A DNA stretch of 32,000 nucleotides, taken from Acaryochloris thomasi RCC1774. Lineage in GTDB: Bacteria; Cyanobacteriota; Cyanobacteriia; Thermosynechococcales; Thermosynechococcaceae. A program made the translations under genes and the position numbers. Below the pieces are notes generated by a model. The model did no database searches. It saw only the letters and a program-made list of their open reading frames with translations, and was not told the DNA's origin. Positions 1-8,079 of this stretch are shown here, one piece after another (the first letter of the stretch is position 1; each line of letters opens with the position of its first letter). Location: assembly GCF_003231495.1 (NCBI RefSeq), contig NZ_PQWO01000012.1, positions 30,001 to 62,000 on the forward strand. The letters run 5' to 3'.

Positions 1-972
1 ACATCAAACACGGTGATCCATATTCCTGAGCAGGGCATTGTGGTGCGCGAGCCGTCGATCTTGGCGATGCAGGCAGAAACGCAGGAGCCACTCGCCATCG
101 GTGCCGGTGCGCGGCAGATGCTGGGACGCAATGCCAGCGATGTGAGGGTAGAACGTCCCATCTGTAATGGTGTGGTGGCTGAATTTGATCTGGCTAAGCT
201 GATGCTGCAGCACTTCTTGGAGCGGGCTGGCGCTCGCGTCTTGAATCCGCGCATTGCCGTTGGCTGCTCCAGTGGCGCTACCGAGGTCGAACGCTGGGCC
301 TTGACTGATTTAGTACTACAGACCGGCGCGCGCAAAGCCTATCTAATTGACGAGCCAATTGCCGCCGCAATCGGAGCGGGTTTGCCGGTTAATCAACCCA
401 TGGGTAACTTGATTATTGATATGGGTGGGGGAACTACTGAAGTCTCCGTTGTCAGCCTGTTGGGCATCGTGGCCAATGCTGCGATCCCGATTGCGGGGAA
501 CAGTCTGGACCAAGCAGTTAAAGACTATTTTCGACACACCCACGACCTGCGTATTGGGGAGTTGATGGCTGAGAGTCTGAAGATCAAGTACGGCTCTGCG
601 GTGCCGGATAATGCCCTCGACAATACCCCTGTTGAAGTCGTGGGCCTGCTGTTGCGTACGGGGCTTACAGGAACCGTCAAAATTCAGCGCGGGGATCTAC
701 GGGCTGCCCTAGCTAAACCCTTATCGGCCATTGTGAAGACCGTTAAACAGGTTCTGGGTCAAATTTCGCCAGAGCTGATGTCTGATATTTGCGATCGCGG
801 TTTGTTATTGACTGGGGGCGGCGCTCTGATCCCCGGTCTTGACGCGCTGCTGCGTCAAGAGATGGGCCTGATGGTTCACATTGTCGAGAATCCGCTCGAC
901 AGCGTGGCGATTGGAGCTAGTTCGGCTCTGCAAAATCGTCACTACGAAAACGTTCTTCATTTGGCCTCTTAA
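1..972 (+). CDS. mreB: Rod-shape-determining actin homologue MreB; the 5' end runs off the window
   Basis: Frame 1 is open from nt 1 (TSNTVIHIPEQG...), so the ORF-track Met at 13 is internal. Actin/MreB motifs are visible: DEPIAAAIGAGLP, DMGGGTTEVSVVS, LTGGGALIPGLDALL, ENPLDSVAIGAS. Stop codon at 970-972. Confidence 0.85.
   Translation, partial: TSNTVIHIPEQGIVVREPSILAMQAETQEPLAIGAGARQMLGRNASDVRVERPICNGVVAEFDLAKLMLQHFLERAGARVLNPRIAVGCSSGATEVERWALTDLVLQTGARKAYLIDEPIAAAIGAGLPVNQPMGNLIIDMGGGTTEVSVVSLLGIVANAAIPIAGNSLDQAVKDYFRHTHDLRIGELMAESLKIKYGSAVPDNALDNTPVEVVGLLLRTGLTGTVKIQRGDLRAALAKPLSAIVKTVKQVLGQISPELMSDICDRGLLLTGGGALIPGLDALLRQEMGLMVHIVENPLDSVAIGASSALQNRHYENVLHLAS
791..798. repeat. HIP1 octamer GCGATCGC; one example of about 25 dispersed copies
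   Basis: Copies verified by position start at 791, 1542, 1885, 2487, 5860, 8404, 9003, 9167, 9662, 11230, 12558, 13278 and 14120. Further copies were seen near 5.51, 5.62, 18.37, 19.80, 20.74, 21.43, 26.60, 27.12, 28.32, 29.53, 30.85 and 31.85 kb. A random 8-mer palindrome would be expected about 0.5 times in 32 kb. HIP1 over-representation is a known hallmark of many cyanobacterial genomes. Confidence 0.9.
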
Positions 973-1672
973 CTTGAGGGGAGCGCAGTTTCTGGAGCTT
1001 CAGCAGCGTGACGCAGATGCTTAACCACAGAAAGCCAATGCCATAGCCGCCCATAATATCGGTGGGCCAGTGAACCCCGAGATACAGCCGACTGAGGCCA
1101 ATAGTGCTGATCAAGAGACTGGCAAGACTGTAGAAGACCACTGAAAATCGAGGGTAGAGGGTGGCTAACACATAGGCAAGAAATCCATAGAGGATCATCG
1201 ATCCCAGTGCATGACCGCTGGGGTAGCTAAAGGTTGTTTCGTTGATCAGCTGCGGCCATAGCTGAGGACGAACTTTGCCGAAGACGAGCTTGAGTCCAAT
1301 ACCCAGAATGGCTCCACCGATGCAGTTCAGACCAAAAACATAGGCTTCAGCTCGATGGCGCTGCCACCAGAGCCATGCAAAGCTGCCCACTGAAACCGGC
1401 ACGACAATCACAGGATTGCCAAGGTGGGTAATCGTGAGCATCACAGCATCCAATGTTGGATTGGCAAACTGGTGAATCCAGAGCAGTGTGGTTTGATCAA
1501 AGGCAAAAGCTTCTTGCTCTAGCACTTCGTTAGAGAGCTTTGCGATCGCAACCAGAACGAGCAAACAAGTGCCTAGCCCCACCGTGCCCAGTGTCGCGAC
1601 CAGAGTTCTCAAAGGGGAATGAAAGCTGCGGACCCAAATATTGGCAAGCCTCTTCAGCACTTGTTCAGGCAT
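917..1672 (-). CDS. PAP2-family (type 2 phosphatidic acid / undecaprenyl-PP type) membrane phosphatase
   Basis: 251-aa ORF with an ATG start at 1672. It has several hydrophobic segments and the three PAP2 signature blocks: KLVFGKVRP, SYPSGH, SRLYLGVHWPTD. Its 3' end overlaps the mreB 3' end by 56 nt (convergent). Confidence 0.8.
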   Translation of the reverse strand: MPEQVLKRLANIWVRSFHSPLRTLVATLGTVGLGTCLLVLVAIAKLSNEVLEQEAFAFDQTTLLWIHQFANPTLDAVMLTITHLGNPVIVVPVSVGSFAWLWWQRHRAEAYVFGLNCIGGAILGIGLKLVFGKVRPQLWPQLINETTFSYPSGHALGSMILYGFLAYVLATLYPRFSVVFYSLASLLISTIGLSRLYLGVHWPTDIMGGYGIGFLWLSICVTLLKLQKLRSPQVKRPNEERFRSDDFAEPN

Positions 1673-1771
1673 TAATCAGTAGAAATCTCTTAACGGCAGC
1701 CTTGACGCACTCATATCAGGCAACCCCCACCCTAACAGGATTTTCAGAAAGGATAAAATCGCCACAGGACT

Positions 1772-3871
1772 TTATCCACGGCGCTGGGGGTAGGGTTCGT
1801 TCACTAGAATCACAGAGCCAGAGAGCTGCTCTAAAAGCGTTCGGGTGCTGGTTCCCATGCGAAAACCGTTGCTGAATTGACGTTGCGATCGCAACATCAC
1901 TAAATCATAATCCTCTGCAACCCGAGCAATTACAGCCATCGATGCATCTTCTACAATCACTTGAATCTGCAGTTCACCCCCGGCAGTCGGTAACCGCGCC
2001 GCTAAAGTCTCCAGCTGTTTTTGAATGCGGGTGCGGTGGATCTCAGAAGCGCGAGGGCTGCAAACGTGCAGCATCGTAACCTGACAGTGATTCGCCACCG
2101 CCAGGACCTGGGCTAAGCGCAAAACTCTCAACATATCTGGGCTGGGATTTTCAATTGGCAGCAGAATTGTTTTGAACTGCACAGGGGAAGTGAGCAACCG
2201 TGCCACCACTACCAAACAGTGCGCCATTCGCATTACATCATCCTGAACAGAGCCCAACAAGCGGGCCCCTAACCGTGATGATTGCCCCATACCCAACACA
2301 ATCACCTTTGCCTCTTCTTCCCAGCCGACATAGCTAATGGCCTGAGCGACATGATGGTCAAGACGCAGCCGCGGAACCAGCGGTACATCAAAAGACTGAC
2401 TGATCGCCTCTGCTGCCTGCAGTCGCCGACGACAGTGAAGCATGGATCGCTCTAGCTGTGGCGCATCCATATTGGACTGAGCCAGGGCGATCGCTAAGGG
2501 CACAACTCGACCTTTTTCGTAGCTCGCCATGAGTGCAGCTAGCTCAATTAAAGACTGCTCTGTTCTGGGGTTATAGACGGGCACCACCACCGTAAAAGAC
2601 TCAGAAGCATGGCTAGGGAGAGGGAGCCAATCAAAGGAAAGATCCTGGGTCAAGCTCGTCTGGGCCGCGAGCTGGCGAGCAAATCGAGTGGTCACCAGCG
2701 GTCCCAGAATCGATGTCACTAGCATCAGCAAGATGACGCTGTTGAACATCTGAATATCAATAATGTTGGCTTCATAGCCCACCAGCGCTGCTGCCAGCGT
2801 CGCCGCCACCTGAGGGATTGACAGCGACCACATCATCCAGAATTGGGGCCAGCTATAGCCAAAGAGCAGTTTGGTGCCGAGGGACGCCAGCATCTTGGTC
2901 AGCAGCAAAGCCCCCACCACCACGAGCGGTAGCTGGATAGAGGCGAAGATGCCACCGAAAGCTTCGAGATCTAAAAGCAGCCCCATGTTGATAAAAAACA
3001 TGGGAATAAACAGCACGCTGCCTAAGAACTCTGTCTTTTCTTTGACGGGGCCATCTCCGATCACGCTGTTGATCGCCAGTCCGGCCAGGAAAGCGCCAAT
3101 GATATTTTCGACCCCAATGAGTTGTGCCACCACCGCACAGAGAAAAACTGCAAGCAGCACAAATAGGAACTGGTTGCCTTCATCTTGGCCCGTCTTGCGA
3201 AAAAAGAAATGCCCAAACCGCCGGAGACCCACGAGCACCGCAAGGGTATAGGCCGTCAGAGATCCCAGCATGATCACAAGCTTGAGGAGAGTAAAGTCCC
3301 CTTGATTAACACCCAAACAGATCGCCAAAACCAAGAGGGCACCGATGTCAGTGAAAATGGTTGCTCCGACGGTAATCGTGACCGCCTCATCTGCCATGAC
3401 GCCGAGCCGCTGGATAATGGGATAGGCCAGCAGCGTATGCGAGGCGAGCAAAGAACCAATCAAAACGGCAGCTAGCCAACCGAAGTTGAACAGCAGTCCC
3501 ACGGCAATGCCGCCCACCATGGGAATTGCGAAGGTCAGCAGCCCAAAACTGAGAGAGCGATTGCGCGTTCTCTGAAACTGCTCTAAATCAATTTCGAGCC
3601 CCGCCACAAACATGAGGTAAATTTTGCCCATCTCAGACAAGAGCTTCATCGTCTCACTGTCAGACTTGAGCCAGCCCAGACTGCCGAAAATCACCCCTGC
3701 CACTAATAACCCGACCAAGCCGGGGAGCTTCAATCGCTCAAAGATTGGCGGCGTCACTAGAACAATGGCTAGCAGCAGCACGAACGTGGCAATCGGTTCA
3801 CGAAGGGTTTGGGCGGCAGACTCCACCAGCAGTAAATACATTGGCCGTTGAGATGATGGGGCAAGCCGCAC
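1772..3871 (-). CDS. CPA2-type cation/H+ antiporter (Kef/NhaS-like) with two C-terminal USP-like domains
   Basis: 699-aa ORF. The first ~400 aa are a run of hydrophobic helices typical of the Na+/H+ exchanger fold (LPGLVGLLVAGVIFG, GLEIDLEQF, IIGAFLAGLAI). Two alpha/beta USP-like modules follow (FTVVVPVYNP...LVVVARL and ILLPIENP...VILVNE). The start is ambiguous: GTG at 3871 or ATG at 3841. Confidence 0.85.
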   Translation of the reverse strand: MRLAPSSQRPMYLLLVESAAQTLREPIATFVLLLAIVLVTPPIFERLKLPGLVGLLVAGVIFGSLGWLKSDSETMKLLSEMGKIYLMFVAGLEIDLEQFQRTRNRSLSFGLLTFAIPMVGGIAVGLLFNFGWLAAVLIGSLLASHTLLAYPIIQRLGVMADEAVTITVGATIFTDIGALLVLAICLGVNQGDFTLLKLVIMLGSLTAYTLAVLVGLRRFGHFFFRKTGQDEGNQFLFVLLAVFLCAVVAQLIGVENIIGAFLAGLAINSVIGDGPVKEKTEFLGSVLFIPMFFINMGLLLDLEAFGGIFASIQLPLVVVGALLLTKMLASLGTKLLFGYSWPQFWMMWSLSIPQVAATLAAALVGYEANIIDIQMFNSVILLMLVTSILGPLVTTRFARQLAAQTSLTQDLSFDWLPLPSHASESFTVVVPVYNPRTEQSLIELAALMASYEKGRVVPLAIALAQSNMDAPQLERSMLHCRRRLQAAEAISQSFDVPLVPRLRLDHHVAQAISYVGWEEEAKVIVLGMGQSSRLGARLLGSVQDDVMRMAHCLVVVARLLTSPVQFKTILLPIENPSPDMLRVLRLAQVLAVANHCQVTMLHVCSPRASEIHRTRIQKQLETLAARLPTAGGELQIQVIVEDASMAVIARVAEDYDLVMLRSQRQFSNGFRMGTSTRTLLEQLSGSVILVNEPYPQRRG

Positions 3872-4037
3872 AAGCTGGCGGCGTACCTTTAGCTTAGGGC
3901 TACCGTTCGCGTTGAGGAAAGCTCTCTGTTAACAGTGGTTTATGCCGTGTTTCTCTGTCGGTATTCATTAAAGGTGAAAGAGTCCATTTAGAGTGGTGCT
4001 GTTGCGATACGTCTTTGCTTCTTGAATCCGCATGGCT

Positions 4038-5237
4038 TCATCTCGTTAAATCATTGATCAGAGTCTGCAACTCCGGTTGAACTTTTGCTGGGGAGGTTTT
4101 GTGCAGCCTGAGCTTGTTGCAGTGATTGAATTGCAGGAATGATTCTAATTCCTTTCGCAAGGCAAGGAACAACGCATCAGTTCTCAAGACCGTGGGTTCC
4201 AATGCGAGATGATGAATATGCAGTAGTGACTCGTTCCTCTCATTTTTACAGTCCATTCGAGCGACCAGCCTTCCATCCCAAAGAATGGGTAGAGAGAAGT
4301 AGCCATATTGGCGTTTGGACTTAGGGACATAACACTCAATTAGATAGTCAAATCCAAACAGCGCCTTCATACGCTGGCGCTGAATGACAAGATTGTCGAA
4401 TGGCGAGAGTATTTTGAGTTTGCTGCGGGCCAACGGTTTACTGAGCAGCTCCAGTGAGGCTGGCAACACATGGTAGAGCGTGCCAGCGACACAAACCAGT
4501 AGCAGCTCTCCGGTAGAAACCATGTCCTCCAAGGTCGCAGAAACAAGCGGCTTTGTGTCCTTCAGCAAATAGGCTATTTCGGCAGACTGACCCAAGCCAT
4601 TGGCGTACAAATATCGCGTAATCAGAAATCGGGCGTATTCCTCTGGCTCAGGCATGGTGGTGTCGGTACCTTCTGGCAGTACCCGCTCGGTGAGATCATA
4701 AACCTTGTGAAAGTTGACACGGCACGGCACCATCAGATCCCCCTGCATAAACAGATATTCCAGGGCGCGTTTGGCTGGTTTGGTTTTCCATTCACCGATC
4801 TTTTTACCGGTATGCTCAAAATCTTTGGCCATTAAAGGGCCTTCGGTGGCAATGCGCTTCAGCACCCATTTCAACATCTGCTCATCGCGCTCATACCAGT
4901 GACTCTGCTTACCAGTTGCAAAAGCACGTTTGCGAGGCAGGCTGAACCGGTAGTCACGAAAGGGTAGGTAGGCAGCCGCATGAGACCAGTATTCAAAAAC
5001 CTGTTTGTCGGCAAGCAACTGCTCGAGCTGAGACGCCTTATAACGAGGATTGCGATTCCATAGGGTGTGGTGATGGGCACGCTGAACGACGGAGATGGTA
5101 TCGATCTGGATATAGCCAAGGTGTTCAATCGCCGATAGTGTCGCTGCAGATGCATGACCGGCTTGATTCCTCGGCGGCAGCCTCTGTGATAGCAGAACCA
5201 GCTTTCTGGCTTGTTGAATGGAGAGTGATTCTTGCAT
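4038..5237 (-). CDS. YcaQ/AlkZ-family winged-helix DNA glycosylase (interstrand-crosslink repair type)
   Basis: 399-aa ORF with an ATG start. Its length and N-terminal block (LSIQQARKLVLLSQRL...IEHLGYIQIDTISVVQRAHHHTLWNR) match my recollection of E. coli YcaQ. That includes a Q-hydrophobic-D (QID) catalytic-type motif followed by RAHHH. The family call is from memory of the family and not from a search. Confidence 0.7.
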   Translation of the reverse strand: MQESLSIQQARKLVLLSQRLPPRNQAGHASAATLSAIEHLGYIQIDTISVVQRAHHHTLWNRNPRYKASQLEQLLADKQVFEYWSHAAAYLPFRDYRFSLPRKRAFATGKQSHWYERDEQMLKWVLKRIATEGPLMAKDFEHTGKKIGEWKTKPAKRALEYLFMQGDLMVPCRVNFHKVYDLTERVLPEGTDTTMPEPEEYARFLITRYLYANGLGQSAEIAYLLKDTKPLVSATLEDMVSTGELLLVCVAGTLYHVLPASLELLSKPLARSKLKILSPFDNLVIQRQRMKALFGFDYLIECYVPKSKRQYGYFSLPILWDGRLVARMDCKNERNESLLHIHHLALEPTVLRTDALFLALRKELESFLQFNHCNKLRLHKTSPAKVQPELQTLINDLTR

Positions 5238-5500
5238 AGGATAGCGGTCTCCAGCGAACCGAAAGCATCAAAATCGTGCGGATACGCAGAGATTGTATTG
5301 TTGCAGAACGGTGAAGTTGAACGACGTGCCCCTATCTGTCATATCAGTTGATAGTCTTACTCCCGAAGCATCCGTTCAAGCGCTAGGCACTGAGAGGTTC
5401 GTAAGCAAATGGCTTCTATGATGAATGATGGTGCGTTATGGCTTTGGCCTAACACATCCTAGGAGATTGAAAATCTAGCGTTATCTGTCGAAATTTAACC

Positions 5501-6001
5501 ATGCCTATTTCTGGCGATCGCAACGCCTCGATACCTTGCCCCTGTGGCAGTCAAAAGTTATTGACCCAGTGCTGTGGTGTGTATATACAAGGACCGTTTC
5601 CTGCCCCCACTGCGGAGAAACTGATGCGATCGCGCTACTCTGCCTATTGTCTCAAAAATATCGATTACTTATTCAATACCGAACATCCCAGCCGACGCCA
5701 ACCCAATAGCCGACAATTGATCTCTGCTACTGCCAATAATGTGGCTTGGCTGGGTTTAACTGTACTCGCCACCGAAGCTGGACAACCCGAAGATGAAGCC
5801 GGTGTTGTTGAGTTCGTCGCGGTGTACCAAGAAGGGGAATCTGCGGCCCAACTCCATGAGCGATCGCGCTTTATCAAAGAAGAAGGTAAATGGTTTTACA
5901 CCAATGGAGATATGTTGCCACCCTTCCAACCGAAAAAGAATGAACCCTGTTGGTGTAAAAGCGGCAAAAAGTTTAAACAGTGCCACCGCAAGAAAAGCTA
6001 A
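5501..6001 (+). CDS. ychJ: YchJ-family protein (UPF0225) with SEC-C metal-binding motifs at both ends
   Basis: 166 aa. N-terminal CPCGS...CC and C-terminal EPCWCKSGKKFKQCH SEC-C motifs are present. The central LMRSRYSAY...WLGLTV...ERSRFIKEEGKWFY block closely parallels E. coli YchJ. Confidence 0.8.
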   Translation: MPISGDRNASIPCPCGSQKLLTQCCGVYIQGPFPAPTAEKLMRSRYSAYCLKNIDYLFNTEHPSRRQPNSRQLISATANNVAWLGLTVLATEAGQPEDEAGVVEFVAVYQEGESAAQLHERSRFIKEEGKWFYTNGDMLPPFQPKKNEPCWCKSGKKFKQCHRKKS

Positions 6002-6170
6002 CGAATTAAAATCAGGGGCGTGAGCGAAAATTTAAAACGCCCAGCGAGTAGCGTGATTCGAACGTTCCTTGCATTCTTGGTTAGAAATGCAAAAAACGAG
6101 TAAATCATAGAATTGTAAGTGATTGACCCGATCTGTATATTACGAAAATCATTCTGCACAGCCACAGCGT

Positions 6171-6854
6171 CTATTCAGCCACTCTATTGATAAAGTCCCT
6201 AATGTCTGCTGATCTTCTTCCACTATCTTCAGTTGTCCAAGCAACCGTCATATTAGCAGCTTTCAAATACCTGATAAGCCTAGCAATATCATCAGGATTC
6301 CCTTCAGTGTGAATATATAACTTTCTGAGTGTTTTTTCGCGTGGCTTTCCGTTAGAAACTCTTTTCTCACCAATCAAGACTGTTTTATCCTCGTCTAATA
6401 CAACTTTATCAGGGAGACTGGGTCTAATCTCCTGCCAATTTCTTCTTAAATTCACAATCTTTTCCTTTAATGAAAGCGACGTGGGAAAGGAAGAATTTAA
6501 ATCATTCAAAAATTTTTGCAATTCAAATCTTGACATTGAAGGATTGCCGGTAATCCCAAGTTCTTCTTTAATTTTATTTTCTTGCCAAGGCTTTATATAC
6601 ACATCGAACTTTTTGTGCATATGATTGCCATATAATTTCAAGTTCAGCATGTATCTGGTATTGCGCAAATACACAAAAAGTTGATCATATGTTTCGGTGT
6701 CTTCATCATCAAAAAACATCAAGAGCAGAAATCGTCCTTTCCCATTTTCAACTTCAAAGGCGAGGGTCTTCTCTTCTCTCTCTATTGCTTCAGTAAATAG
6801 CGGAAAAAGTCCTGTTAAATTAAATGCGTCTGACACATAATACTCCCAAATCAA
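6171..6854 (-). CDS. Hypothetical protein, 227 aa, AT-rich, no recognisable family
   Basis: This is the longest ORF in a markedly AT-rich stretch. Hand counts on four 60-nt lines gave 27-38% G+C, against 63% on one fadE line I counted. The start is TTG at 6854, and the first in-frame ATG is codon 45. A TATAAT hexamer lies on the minus strand at 6881-6876, about 21 nt upstream. No motif is recognised with confidence; there is only a weak Rx4H (RKLYIH, aa 177-182). Confidence 0.55.
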   Translation of the reverse strand: MIWEYYVSDAFNLTGLFPLFTEAIEREEKTLAFEVENGKGRFLLLMFFDDEDTETYDQLFVYLRNTRYMLNLKLYGNHMHKKFDVYIKPWQENKIKEELGITGNPSMSRFELQKFLNDLNSSFPTSLSLKEKIVNLRRNWQEIRPSLPDKVVLDEDKTVLIGEKRVSNGKPREKTLRKLYIHTEGNPDDIARLIRYLKAANMTVAWTTEDSGRRSADIRDFINRVAE

Positions 6855-7000
6855 CTTATCAAAATCTAACTATTAATTATACGGATGATGCCTGATAAAT
6901 CCGGCTGGAGGGGTATTATCCGCCAACTACCGTATAACTCCAAAATGCGGACATTATCAAGTTAACGACTGATAAACGCAGAGCCTGTTCGGCAGTTTGG

Positions 7001-7228
7001 TCAGGCAACACTACGCTCTTTTCTTAAGCATTGTGCTATACCTAATGCCTGCTTCAGTGCCTTATCAGCCTTATTTTCCCAATCTGGGTCCGAGATTTTG
7101 ACTGTCACTTCGGGAGATCGGGTTTTAAGTTCCTGATAGATTGCGTGAACTGCAGGAGTGCCCTTAAGCTCCCATCGCAGAGTAGTAAGCTGCTGCTTAT
7201 CTAGAGAAGTTAGGTTCGAGTGAGCCAT
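7001..7228 (-). CDS. Hypothetical small protein, 75 aa
   Basis: ATG-initiated ORF, co-directional with the flanking islet genes. No motif recognised and no clear Shine-Dalgarno sequence. Confidence 0.4.
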   Translation of the reverse strand: MAHSNLTSLDKQQLTTLRWELKGTPAVHAIYQELKTRSPEVTVKISDPDWENKADKALKQALGIAQCLRKERSVA

Positions 7229-7412
7229 ATCTCATAAAGCCTATTAATCGCATCGTAAGTATGCTTACCGTTCCACGACATGTAGCCGCTAGTCAGGGAC
7301 TGAGTGATTGCTCGTTAGTAAGACTTAAAGATTTTTGAATACGTTTCAGTCTTTGCCGACGAATCTCTTCATCAAATTTACTATTAATTGAACATCCAAG
7401 CTCTGAATTAGA

Positions 7413-7700
7413 CTAGGCAACCGATAAGCGTTTAACTTCGATACTGCCAACCGCTTGTTCAGCTTGCCAGAGGTCATACTGCATTTGTTGGTTCAGCCAA
7501 CTTTCTGCAGAAGTATCAAAAGCCTTGCCCAATCGAATCGCCATTTCAGGACTAATCCCTGCTCTACCGTTCAGAATTGCAGATAGGGTCTTACGGCTGA
7601 CTCCCAGCGCTTCAGCCGTTTCAGTCACGGTTAGATTGAGGGGCTCGATACAAAGCTCCTTAAGTACTTCTCCAGGATGTGGGGGATTATGCATTTTCAT
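7413..7700 (-). CDS. higA: HigA-family antitoxin (XRE-type HTH)
   Basis: 95 aa. HPGEVLKE...[57 protein letters not shown] is the classic HigA/VapI HTH pattern. Its ATG shares one base with the higB stop codon (TGATG at 7702-7698). Confidence 0.9.
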   Translation of the reverse strand: MKMHNPPHPGEVLKELCIEPLNLTVTETAEALGVSRKTLSAILNGRAGISPEMAIRLGKAFDTSAESWLNQQMQYDLWQAEQAVGSIEVKRLSVA

Positions 7701-7978
7701 CAGTGGTAATCCTCAAGATTGACATCACAGGCATCAACGCCATCGAAAGTAAATGTAATTCGCCAATTTCCAGAGACTCTAACCGACCAGGTACCTTTCC
7801 GTTGACCCACTAGCTCGTGGAGAACGAGGCCGGGTAAATTCATGTCTTGTGGGGAGGTTGCAGCATTTAGACGAGCCAAAATCATCCGAATTCGCTTAAC
7901 GTGCTTTGCCTGAATCCCTCGGGTGGTTCCTGACTCGAAAAACTGCTTTAGCCCTCGGTGCTTGAAGCTGGCTATCAT
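7700..7978 (-). CDS. higB: HigB toxin (RelE/ParE superfamily, 'plasmid maintenance system killer' type)
   Basis: 92 aa. [11 protein letters not shown]...[45 protein letters not shown]...DVNLEDYH matches the HigB family consensus. The toxin-first gene order is typical of higBA. Confidence 0.9.
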   Translation of the reverse strand: MIASFKHRGLKQFFESGTTRGIQAKHVKRIRMILARLNAATSPQDMNLPGLVLHELVGQRKGTWSVRVSGNWRITFTFDGVDACDVNLEDYH

Positions 7979-7986
7979 TCATGAAT

Positions 7987-8012
7987 TGTAACCCATAACG
8001 TTACTAGTTACA
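7987..8012 (-). promoter_or_regulatory. Composite palindrome upstream of higB; candidate HigA operator
   Basis: TGTAAC-N3-TAACGTTA-N3-GTTACA. It is symmetric apart from the two 3-nt spacers and ends 9 nt upstream of the higB ATG. Type II toxin-antitoxin operons are normally autoregulated through such promoter palindromes. Confidence 0.45.
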
Positions 8013-8016
8013 GGCC

Positions 8017-8054
8017 ACAAAAATGATAGCGACCAAAGTAGGTCTGGGTATCAT
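8017..8054 (-). terminator. Candidate intrinsic terminator after fadE
   Basis: Minus-strand RNA reads ATGATA-ccca-GACC-tacttt-GGTC-gc-TATCAT followed by TTTTGTGG. This is a two-part stem (6+4 bp) with a short U tract, 26 nt downstream of the fadE stop. The stem is AT-rich, so the call is tentative. Confidence 0.35.
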
Positions 8055-8079
8055 GGCTAATCACCAATGTTCAGAATGC

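Noticed and set aside
6024-6051. A hairpin GGGCGT-N15-ACGCCC after ychJ, considered as a terminator
   Set aside because: The stem is short with a large loop, and no U tract follows. It is too weak to call.
6040-6080. A TTCGAA-containing stretch (minus strand GGAACGTTCGAATCAC) resembling a tRNA T-loop; considered as a possible tRNA fragment or att site for the low-GC islet
   Set aside because: The flanking bases do not form a T-stem or an acceptor stem. No cloverleaf can be drawn, and no matching direct repeat was found at the other end of the islet.
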